Assembly: GCF_006345805.1 (NCBI RefSeq)
Contig: NC_042998.1
Span: 145,576,001-145,640,000, forward strand
Reading direction: 5' to 3'
DNA: 64,000 bases
From: Octopus sinensis
Lineage: Eukaryota
This document shows, piece by piece, positions 52,826 to 64,000 of the stretch. The notes below the pieces were generated by a model. It was not told the DNA's origin. It ran no database searches and was given only the letters and a program-made list of their open reading frames with translations. A program made the position numbers and the translations under genes. Position 1 is the first letter of the stretch. Every line of letters starts with the position of its first letter.

Positions 52826-53080
52826 GAATGTATGTATGTATGTATATATGTATGCATATGTATATGTTTGTGTGTCTGTGTTTGTCCCCCCACCATCGCT
52901 TCACAACGGATGTTCTGTGTTTACGTCTCCGTAACTTAGTGGTTCTGCAAAAGAACCGATAGAATAAGTACTAGGTTTACAAAAGAATAAGTCCTGGGAT
53001 CGATGACCGATTTCTCCGAGTAAAGGTGGTGCTCCATCAAGGCCGCAATTAAATGACTGAAAGAAATAAAAGAATAAAAG
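52622..53080 (+). mobile_element. SINE family B, full length
   Basis: GGGCGCAGGAGTGGCTATCTGATAAG, GGTTCCGGGTTCAGTTCCAC, TTGGGCAAGTGTCTT, tail AAATGACTGAAAGAAATAAAAG. Confidence 0.9.
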
Positions 53081-53081
53081 A

Positions 53082-53166
<85 letters not shown>

Positions 53167-53293
53167 TTCATATATAAATATGTGCATATGTGCGTATGTG
53201 CGTGTGCATGCATACGTTTGTTCTTTCATTTTTTAATTGCTTCAGTCATTAGATTGCGGCCATGCCGTTCCACCGCCTTGAAGGATTCGTATG

Positions 53294-53327
<34 letters not shown>

Positions 53328-53355
53328 TGTATGTATGTATATACATTATACATAT

Positions 53356-54120
53356 ATAATCCCCTTCGCGATGCAACTAAAAACCAATATAGTTAAACCT
53401 TTAATGAGCCTTATAAATAAGCACTTTAATATGAATACGAAATACTCAGAAATATTTAGTAATAAAATTAGAATAGGCCATAGCCCAACTAGCAACCTAG
53501 CTGCTATTATAGCCTCCATTAACAACAAAAAGCTAGACCCTGTCTACGAAACTAAGAAGAATAACAATAATAACTACAACAACCAATCGATTGATATAAT
53601 AAACGATCCCCCAAATAACTCGACCTCTAAAAATACGGACAACCACCTTATAAATGATAATCCCCCTCACCATATTATAGGTACAGATAATCCTACTAAT
53701 CTATGTGGTTGCAGAGATAAAAATACTTGTGAGTTCATGAATAAATGTAAAACTAAGAATGTAATCTACCAATGTGATGTATTCTCCAATAATTACAAGA
53801 ATACTTATATAGGAGCTACTAAAAATGAAATGAAACTTAGATATAATTCCCATCTCTCAAGCTTCAGGAATAGAAATAAGATTAACTCTACAGGATTAAG
53901 CAATTACATCTGGGAACTTAAAGATAATAATATTAATTATAGATTAGAATGGCGCATCCTAACCAAAACATCTTCATACAACCTTAATAATAAACGCTGC
54001 AATTTATGCATAAATGATAAATTCTTCATTTTAATGTTCTAATCAGAATTGCATAATAAACGAGATGAGAAAAACTTCACATGCTTACATAAAGATAAAT
54101 TATTATTCTCTAAATACCAC
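53356..54120 (+). pseudogene. GIY-YIG endonuclease region of the PLE ORF
   Basis: Within ORF 53182-54042; the 5' part of that ORF is microsatellite read-through. Confidence 0.9.
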
Positions 54121-54868
54121 TAATACCTACCTTTCAATACTGCTTATTAGCTGACTTGTCTGACCTCTGATTACCTCCCTTTGACAATCCCCCTTACCAC
54201 ATAGCACGACATATCATAAACCACAATTATATTCAATTTTCTTCGACCAACAGAATTATTTATCTTAGATGCACGATGTACACCCGGAGCTATAATTCTC
54301 CTTAATATATTCACATTAAAGTTAGATCACTAACATACTAATTGCTAGTGCTGCCATTAACATATATACGATTAAACGAGCGATTTATCCTCTTCTAGCC
54401 GAGTTGATTTGTTTTAATTATATTAACGAATAGTAAACCCTGGCCAAACATAACAACACTTTATTTATTATACCTACTTACGTAACCCAGATTTATACCG
54501 TATATCGCACTTAAACTTTTAAGAACGTCCTTAATTTTTAACTAGGTCGTTTGTAATCATATCGACTTATCTAGCGAACTCAAATAGCGTTATTTGTTAC
54601 GATTAAAGATACTGGATATTACTACCAGGTATAACGCTTTCGACAAACTCCGCCGGTCAACTGGTCATTTTCCCCACTCACTGCTCCATTCATCTACTTG
54701 AAGCAACTGTAGACATACGCGTCATCTTTTAAGGACGCAAAAATGTAAGCCTAAAGACCTAACGAACCTTTTCCGTTTTCCTTTTCTTTTTTTCCTTTTC
54801 TTTTTTCCTTTTCTTTTCTCCTGTCAACCTTCGATGTCGTGTCAATATTCCTATGATAAAGCTCAAAT

Positions 54869-54948
54869 CATTCTGATGATGTATGTTACATGGAACGAAG
54901 TAAACACAAGTTTACCTAAAAAATAACAAACTGAAACAGCTGTAAATG
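54869..54948 (+). ncRNA. type-I hammerhead ribozyme, intact core, extended stem II, palindromic stem III
   Basis: CATT-CTGATGA-T-[GTATGTTA…GTAAAC(ACAA)GTTTAC…TAACAAAC]-T-GAAA-CAGCTG-TA-AATG; ACAGCTGT palindrome; GUA triplet; located downstream of the PLE ORF. Confidence 0.7.
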
Positions 54949-55193
54949 TTATCTTAACCATAATTAAACTATGATCATTCAATACTAATGATCAACTTAA
55001 TTGTTACTTGTTGCTCCATTTCCTTTTTCATCTGAATAAACCACGGTTTATCCTTCAAATTACCAACTACTGTTAACCTTAAAGCAAGGTCTATACATAG
55101 TTAGGTAATGTACCAGCAGAGCCTACGGATACATTTATCCCTTAGACGGTTGCATAACCTCCAACTCATAATTTCTCTCTTTCTCTCTTTCTC

Positions 55194-55266
<73 letters not shown>

Positions 55267-55269
<3 letters not shown>

Positions 55270-55774
55270 TAGCAGTATCACCCGGCGTTGCTCGGGTTTG
55301 TAAGGGAAATAACTATATAAGCATTTTTAGAGAGTTACTTCCCTTATAAATTCGGGCTTTCTTAGCCATTTTTGTTTTGGTGTCTTCAAGCCATGAAGTC
55401 GTTGTTCTAAAAGAACGCTGGTTTCCTTCACAACGCATTACGACGTTGATTTCTTTACACTCCCTTCCCCACAGCTTCACGAGGGAGGGAAGGGGGAGAA
55501 GCAAACAGGTGCAGCTGTGAGCGTGGACGCCAACTCCGCCGCCATCGACACACGATGCATTTTATGCATTAAAATGGAATAAAAAATGATGTTAAATTAT
55601 TTTTAAAATCGTAGACTCATCGTTGACGCGCGCTAATAGTCAGACGGGCTCGATATGAATCACGACTATAAGATACCCGAATTTGGTTAAACTGCACCGC
55701 AAAATGTGGGAGGAGTTAGGAATCTAAATCGAAGGGACAGACACTCACACAACTAGAGTTTTATATATATAGAT
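55267..55774 (+). mobile_element. non-autonomous Helitron-like element (Lep1/DINE-1-like ends)
   Basis: Starts TACTAG…ACCCGGCGTTGCTCGGGT (5' hairpin); ends GACAGACACTCACACAACTAGAGTTTTATATATATAGAT; lies in (TA)n. Confidence 0.65.
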
Positions 55775-55812
55775 ATATATATCCTCTCTCTCTCTCTCTC
55801 TCTATATATATA

Positions 55813-55875
<63 letters not shown>

Positions 55876-55995
55876 ATATATATATATAATATATATATAT
55901 ATAATATTTGTAAACAAACTCGAAAGGCTTTGTAAGTTACGGAGAAAGCTGCTATGGAAGACACATAGTATAATAATAACTGTTATATATCATAG

Positions 55996-56911
<916 letters not shown>

Positions 56912-56913
56912 TA

Positions 56914-56961
<48 letters not shown>

Positions 56962-57923
56962 TGTAAGCAAACCCGAAAGGCTTTCTAAGTTACGGAGAGA
57001 AAGCTACTAAGGAAGAAACATAGTATAATAATACCTGTATAATAATATATCATGATAATATTTTAATCTCCGAATGGAACCCACAAGTCAACGTTAACAT
57101 GGCTCCTTGCGAATCCGATTTGTCCAAACGTTCATCCATCAATTTTAACCAAATTTAGTTAATATATGCTTAAACTGTCTAATACTGCATATAATATTTG
57201 TGAACAAACCCTAAAAGCTTTGTAAATTACAGAGAGAAATTTACTATGGGTTACCTCATCATTTTTTGGTCATTAATTTGTATTTAAAAATTATCGCTTC
57301 CGACACACAAATAACTTTCGCACATACGACTCTTATCTTAAGCTAATAAAATAATTATTAAAAACATAAAGAAATATATATCATCAATAACAGGAACAAC
57401 CCTTAACAAAAAAATTAAACGAGGTTTGTATAAATATGTTAAAATATATTTTTGTTGCTTCTTTTTCACATTAAAATATTCGAGAATTAAGATTCCAATA
57501 TTTTACTTGAAGTTACGTGATTCTCAACCATTTATGAAGAACAAAAGTCCTCTTTTGAGAGCCTTCTAGCTGTCTCCACTTAATATCCTTCTATTGTAAC
57601 AGCAAAACCGTTATAGCATTGGTTATTGCGACCGGATACGTAGCAGTGTTTACCCAGTCTTTAAGAAGGATATAACATACCAGATACGATATTTATCTTT
57701 GATCTGAAATTGCTTTTCAATATATTGTTTTGTGTGATGTGGTATGGTGTGGTGTGTGTTTGTGTGTGTGGAGATGCTGTGATTTTTTTTTCTCTCTGTG
57801 TAGTATATTGTTTTCTTTATCTGGTGTATAAAAATATTGTTTTCTGTCATTTAAACTCACAGACGCACATTCATTGTATACACACCCTCAGACACACATG
57901 TACATACATACCTACATTTGTAT

Positions 57924-58085
<162 letters not shown>

Positions 58086-58949
58086 CTGGCTTTGAATATA
58101 TATGAATGCTTATATGCATGTATATTTATTATGCATAGAAATGTAAACACGCGCGCGCACATACACATACACACATGCACAAAACTCATATTTGCTCTCT
58201 TTTTTCGCGTTTTTTTCTCTAAATTTCTGTGCTCTTTATTTTTTCCTTCCACAACTTACACCGGATGTTTACTACATGAAAGGCTTTTCGTATAAGAATA
58301 CATGTACAGCTAAATGCATACTCACATACGCGTATACACACACACATTTACACTCACACACAGACACACGCACGCACACACACACACCACACACACACAC
58401 ACATGTATACACATATATATACATTTGCCAATGTAGATACATTTTATACTACATATAAATATGTATACGATATATATTTAATATTATATATGTGCATGTA
58501 TTTATATATTACGTATATACATGTGTGTAGGTGTATGTGTTTGTGTGTGCGTGTGTGTGTATCTGCGTTTGCGTGTATGTATGTGTGTGTATGTATATAT
58601 ATATATATATACATGCATATATGTTTCATGTTCTTTCACCTTGTGTCATGAGAGTGAATATTTTCTCCACAGTAACTGGAGCGAATTCGTATTTATAAGT
58701 TGAAATATGTCACAAACATGATCTAACTTGAAGTTCGCTTGTACCTAAACACTGCTTGGCGCTGATTGTGCTGTACACACACACAAACACACGCGAGCGT
58801 GCGCGCGCGCGCGTGCGCACACACACACACACTCACATGTATGTATGTATAAACATCATCGGCCACACATATGCTATGTATGTGCTTTGCTTGTTCGTTT
58901 GTTGGCTGAATAGCGGTCATCGGTAACCAAGAGAAGCACATACATTTGT

Positions 58950-59098
58950 GGAGAGGGCCAGTCGATTAGATCGACTCCAATACGCAACTAGTACTTAATC
59001 TATCTGGGCGGAATTTGAAGTCAGAACTTAACGGCAGACGAAATACCGCTAAGTATTTCGCCCGGTGTGCTAACGTTTCTGCTAGCTCGCCGCCTTAA
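58950..59098 (-). mobile_element. SINE family A with the core deleted
   Basis: Head GCGGCGAGCTAGCAGAAACGTTAGCACACCGGGCG; GATCGACTCC..ACTAGTACTTAAT joined directly to GGCGGAATTTGAAG. Confidence 0.75.
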
Positions 59099-59171
59099 GC
59101 AAGACACATACTTTGAGTATGTGTGGTCGATAATGTTCACAACACTAGCGCTACTTCTAACTGATATTTGA

Positions 59172-59266
<95 letters not shown>

Positions 59267-59273
59267 AACAGAC

Positions 59274-59356
<83 letters not shown>

Positions 59357-60141
59357 TAGATAGATAAGATAGATAGACAGAGAGGTAGACAGGTAGACAG
59401 ATGCATAATTAGATAGATAGATGCTTGTGCATGTAAAATTCTCTCTCTAAATCATGCGTCCATTGTAATAACATATATGCCAATATGGATTAGTTGTCTT
59501 ATAGTTAGCTCTCCCTATATCTCACTCCACTTACTGTCTACTGTTTTCACTTTAAGTTCAATCACTATTGTTTTCACTGTAAGTATTCAATCGCTATTTA
59601 CAAACAACAACGTCAAATTACTGACAAGAAGAAGTTCACAATTAATGATGAAAGTAATTTCATACATAATTTATTGACAGAAGTAACTTCATAAATTTCA
59701 TATCAATTTGCACAGTTCGTTAAATTTGCCTACAAATTTCTTATTTGCCTTTGCAACGTTTCATGTTTTTTCTTGTTTTTGTTTCTTTTTTTGTTGACAG
59801 AATTACTGATAAAAGTAAGTTCATAATTTACTGACAGAAGTAACTTCAAAAATTTCACTTAAATCCGTACACTTAATAAATTTCCCTAAAAAGTTCTTAT
59901 TTGCTTTTGCAAAGGTTTTGTGTTTTTCTGTTGTTAACGGCTTTTTTCTGATTCCTTCGATACTGGCTCTGTGTTTCACTAATTGACAAATTTCGCTTCA
60001 AACCGTACAGTTCTTTATTTTCCGTAAACATTTCTTATTTACTTTCTGCCCGTCGTATTAAGAAATATAATTTCCGTTACTCAGTTACTTTCCTTGATTT
60101 CTATCTTCTGTACCCGTGTATTTCTGTATACGTATATAACC

Positions 60142-60678
60142 ATGCTTAGAAGAAAAGTGTCAAATTTGTCTACAATGTCAAGGTCAGCCAAAAGAATTCT
60201 CTGTGCAGGGAAAGGCAGAGCATCTCAAAGGGGTGAACATAGGTATGCACGGCTGACAAGGAATATGATCTCCACTGCAGAACGAAGAGCAGCTGCAGCA
60301 GCTCACTGAAGCAACTTCTATGAAACAGCTTTCAATCCAGCTGTTCTTTATGTAGATGACAACTGAGTGCATACATTGTAAAGCAATGAAGTGGCCTAGA
60401 GAGACACCTGCACTACGCTGCAATGGTGGAAAGGTTAAGCTCCCTGCAACCCCCCAATTTCCAGAGTCATTAAAGAAACTGTTATCACCAACTGACTAAG
60501 ATTCCAACCACATCCAAAACATAATCAGAAAATGCAACGCTGCACTACAGATGACATCCTTTGAAGCCACAAGAGATTTAACTGAGCCAGGATTCATGCA
60601 AACTTTCAAGATTCAAGGTCAGATTTATCATCGGATTGTCTCTCTACTACCTCTGTCATATAAATCACCAAAATCGGC
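60142..60678 (+). pseudogene. Helitron Rep-helicase N-terminal region, decayed
   Basis: MLRRKVSNLS start; CIHCKAMKWPRETPALRCNGGKVKLP…PESLKKLL…IRKCNAALQMTSFEA…GFMQTFKIQGQIYHRIVSLLP are characteristic RepHel N-terminal motifs. Confidence 0.85.
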
Positions 60679-60923
60679 TTTCATTGTTTATAATCTGTAC
60701 ACAGTTTTTGGTTACGAAATAAGCTACACAAAACGTGTTTTTGAATTACGTGTATTTACTATATATAAGTTGAAAACTTTCTTTTAACATTTCACTTAAC
60801 GTCTATGTTCCATGCTGGCATGAGTTGGAGAGTTATTAATGTAGGAGGTTGGTATCTCAGTTACTAGCAGTTGGGACCTACGTAATCTAGACGGGTTTTT
60901 AATTTCATTATGCTCTTTAACTT

Positions 60924-61001
<78 letters not shown>

Positions 61002-61406
61002 GAGACTAGTGTGTATTCCAGAAAACATGTCTACTTACCTCGCCCACCAATGTTCAACGTGCACGCACACCGATACATATATGTATGTATGCATATTTGT
61101 GCGCGCTCGCATGTGTAAATGTGTGTGTATATGTGTGTGTAAGTCTGTGTGCGTATGTGTGTGTAGTGCTGGTAGTGGTGGTAGTACTGGTGGTGGTGGT
61201 GGTGGTGTTACAACATATATATTAATCTTTGGGTAATTGAAATGCACCAAGTAGTACGGAAAATAAATGGACAAGCTGAAAAATACATTTTGTTGGAAGT
61301 AATATATGTTATGCCAACATGAGTACACACACAAATACATCTGCGTGTGCGCACGCGTGTGTGTGTGTGTGAGTGTGTACGTATGTGTATATACACATAC
61401 ACAAAC

Positions 61407-62262
61407 ACAAAGTCTGATCAATAAGTATCCGGACTGTCGCCGTAGTAACGAAGCTAAAGTACGCAGAGTGAAGCCACTTGGCACATATTGACTTTGAACT
61501 TTGCTCTACAGGCACACTAAGTATGAACGTTCTAGCTCACTTTCGCTGTTTATAGCAGTGCTTCGAATTATTCTGTGTAACGTGTGATCGTCGTATTGAC
61601 CACGACAGAGAAAATTGTCATGGTAATACCTGCTCAGGAGCCTACGCAAAGTTGCAGAAAGTTTATGGAGAGAAGTGTATGAGCCGCACACAAGTGTACG
61701 CGTGGTTCAGACGTTCCCAAGATGGCCGAAAAATGCCGATATTGACGAACGTTCTGAGAGATCCGCAACTAGCAGAACTGAGAAAAACATCACAGATGTA
61801 CGAGCAGCTGTGAGAGGAAATCATCGAATCACCAGGCAGATTTGTTACGGTTCAGTCTGTCCATTACTGAAAATTTGGGTATGAATCACGTGTCTGTCGA
61901 GTTTGTGCCAAAACTTTCAGCTGACCAAAAAGACACTCGGGTTTCAGTTGCAAGAGATCTCCTTGATTGTGTTGAAAACGATGAGAACTTTTTGAAAACT
62001 TTGCGTAGGCCTCTGAGCAGGTATCGCCAAGCTTTTGGCAAAATTTGATGCAATTCTCTGCTCAACTTTCTGTCAAGGTCAATGCGACGATCACACACAT
62101 TCTTTCCAAGCACTGCTGTAAACAGCGGGTGTGAGGTAGAATGTTAAAACTTAGTGCGCATGCACAGCATAGTTCAAGGTCAATCTGTGCCACGCGGCTT
62201 CACTCTGCGTGCTTTAGCTTCGTAACAAGGCAAAAGTTCATTTACTTATTGATCGAATTATG

Positions 62263-62264
<2 letters not shown>
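61407..62264 (+). mobile_element. mariner-derived fold-back element (both arms from the 5' end)
   Basis: Inverted arms 61416-61653 / 61997-62254; the interior encodes a degenerate transposase N-terminus (QVYAWFRR, RSATSRT, EFVPKLSADQKDTRVSVARDLL). Confidence 0.85.
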
Positions 62265-62294
<30 letters not shown>

Positions 62295-62399
62295 TGCGCT
62301 TGCGTATGCGTGCGTGCGTGTGTGTGTGTGTGCGTGTTACAAAGTGTAACTCACGATACCTTTAATGGAAGCCTTAGTTATAGCAAGTAAGATGAGTGC

Positions 62400-63410
62400 T
62401 TCCTTGACCCACAGAACACTATCAGGTCTTCAGTGTTTGTACCGGATTCTTGTTCTCATTCGAAATTTCCACCAATATTCTTCGTTTTTGAAGATTTTCA
62501 TACATTCTGGCGCTGATGCACCTTTCATATGACCATTAGATAATCTTTGTTATGGACAGCATTGTAAATTCCCTCTTTTTTTGCAGTATGGCATGTCTCA
62601 TGAGTAGTAGTAAATTTTCTAGACATCTATCGTTTATGTGGATGTGATCTTCTATACTGGTACAGTGCAATCGTCATTTTCTGTCACACCGTAAAGCTTC
62701 AGAGGCATGTTCATATCTGTTACTGATCAGTTATTTAAAAACTAACTCCTGTCCTTGAATTGCAGCAAAGGCTTATCATTTTTAGTGGATTGTGATGCTT
62801 TATTACAGACACAACAGGTGACAAAGTAACCACACCTAAGTTTCTCTAAATAGAAAGGGTGTTTCTTCTCTAAGTAGGTTTGTCCGGCTACTCTTGGAAG
62901 TATGTTTGTCCAGCTACACCAAGAATAACTCTATATTCAGAATTTTATACAGAAGTTCTTCTACACTCAATATGTTATTTTATCATTGACAATGCATTAT
63001 TGTCAATAAAACATTGACAATAATATATTATCACTTTTTTATTGAATATACTTAAATTCTTCTTTTAATGTGGGTGTTGTTTGAGGGATACAAAGTGACA
63101 CTGAAAACTTGTTTGGCCTATTGACCATAAGACCTCGTCATTGTCTCATCGGCTAACATAGATCCTGTCAATCTTATTGCTGAATGGGAAGTATTCCGTC
63201 TATTCTCCCAAACACACTGGAACTGCAAGGTGTTTTCATGTGTAATTTTATAATATGAGGACAGCTTTGACATTTCTATTTATTATGTACCTTATTATGA
63301 CAGATAGTAACAAATTAGCAACATAATTGCATGCACGATTCTTAAATAATAGCAACACTACTGTATGAACATTCCGAAATTCTGAAAAATGTGTTAGCAA
63401 TCTTCATTGG

Positions 63411-63454
<44 letters not shown>

Positions 63455-63800
63455 AGAGAGAGAGGGCGAGTCATTGATATTTACGATATTCTTTGTCTGG
63501 TCAATATTTCCTCAATTGATTACCAAATGATTATCATGTGATTTTCTCATTTAGTGATTTTGTAGCAACTGTCAGGAATGTTTCGTTGATTTTAGGAGAG
63601 ACCTTTAAACTACAATCACTCCGTTTAATTATTCTGCATTGTGGTCATACTGCTTATTGACTTTACTAAAGCACACCATTCCAGTGACTCCTGATATTTC
63701 CAGAGAAAGACATTTATAACCTTTCATGTTGTCAGTTCATGCTGCGATATGAAGTCTGTAGGTTAAATACAAAGTTACAGTTGACAGACAACTCCTCGTT
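62400..63800 (-). mobile_element. possible very decayed LINE (AP-endonuclease remnant)
   Basis: The minus strand gives PFSNKIDRIYVSR near 63150-63190 (like the SRIDxIxVS APE motif); no other clear motif. Confidence 0.25.
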
Positions 63801-64000
63801 CTCGTAGTTTCCCCTACGCCAGTAACTTTGTGATTTGCTATTTGCACTTCTTATCTAAACCCTTTGATACCAACCTACCTGAGTACGCCTTGTCCTATGA
63901 TGCCAATGTCCTGTTTTAAAGTAAACCTGCCATCAAAATTACATGTTATATTCCAAACAGTTTCATATTTACAAAGTCATTTTACTAAAATTCTTCACCC

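Larger units (their letters stand above)
53356..55190 (+). mobile_element. Penelope-like element, 5'-truncated: linker + GIY-YIG endonuclease + downstream pLTR-like region with a hammerhead
   Basis: PFAMQLKTNIVKPLMSLINKHF linker; LCGCRDKNTC; VIYQCDV…YIGAT…K.RY..H; GLSNYIWELK; I.W.IL; RCNLCINDK; LHNKRDE…TCLHKDK after a stop at 54040. Confidence 0.9.

Noticed and set aside
53182-53355. N-terminus of the 286-aa ORF
   Set aside because: It reads through a SINE fragment and (TATG)n; PLE homology starts only at ~53356.

Overview
AT-rich animal genomic DNA made almost entirely of microsatellites ((TA)n, (AAT)n, (TATC)n, (TATG)n, (CA)n, (GAA)n) and transposable elements, with one 100-N scaffold gap (17812-17911). 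The SINE families and repeat landscape look like an octopus/coleoid cephalopod genome (inference from recalled repeat sequences, not a search). I recognise no host protein-coding gene, rRNA, true tRNA gene or CRISPR array, and most ORFs in the track are translated microsatellites. Recognisable elements: many tRNA-derived SINEs of at least three families; at least eight pieces of R4/Dong-type (RT + CCHC + restriction-like endonuclease) LINEs, nearly all bordered by (TAA)n; a Tx1/L1-type fragment (ORF1 + AP endonuclease); CR1/L2-type fragments; Tc1/mariner relics, two of them rearranged into fold-back MITEs; a pogo/Tigger-like MITE; Helitron pieces; and a Penelope-like element (PLE) with a GIY-YIG domain. 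The main result is a set of hammerhead-ribozyme-like motifs of the minimal type-I kind known from PLEs. One has an intact core and lies downstream of the GIY-YIG ORF (54869-54948). Two lie inverted inside a ~400-bp palindrome (9127-9522). Several more, partly decayed, sit in short non-coding elements inserted in or beside (TA)n tracts. Together they suggest a (TA)n-associated family of ribozyme-bearing non-autonomous retroelements. All structures were folded by eye and none is experimentally tested.
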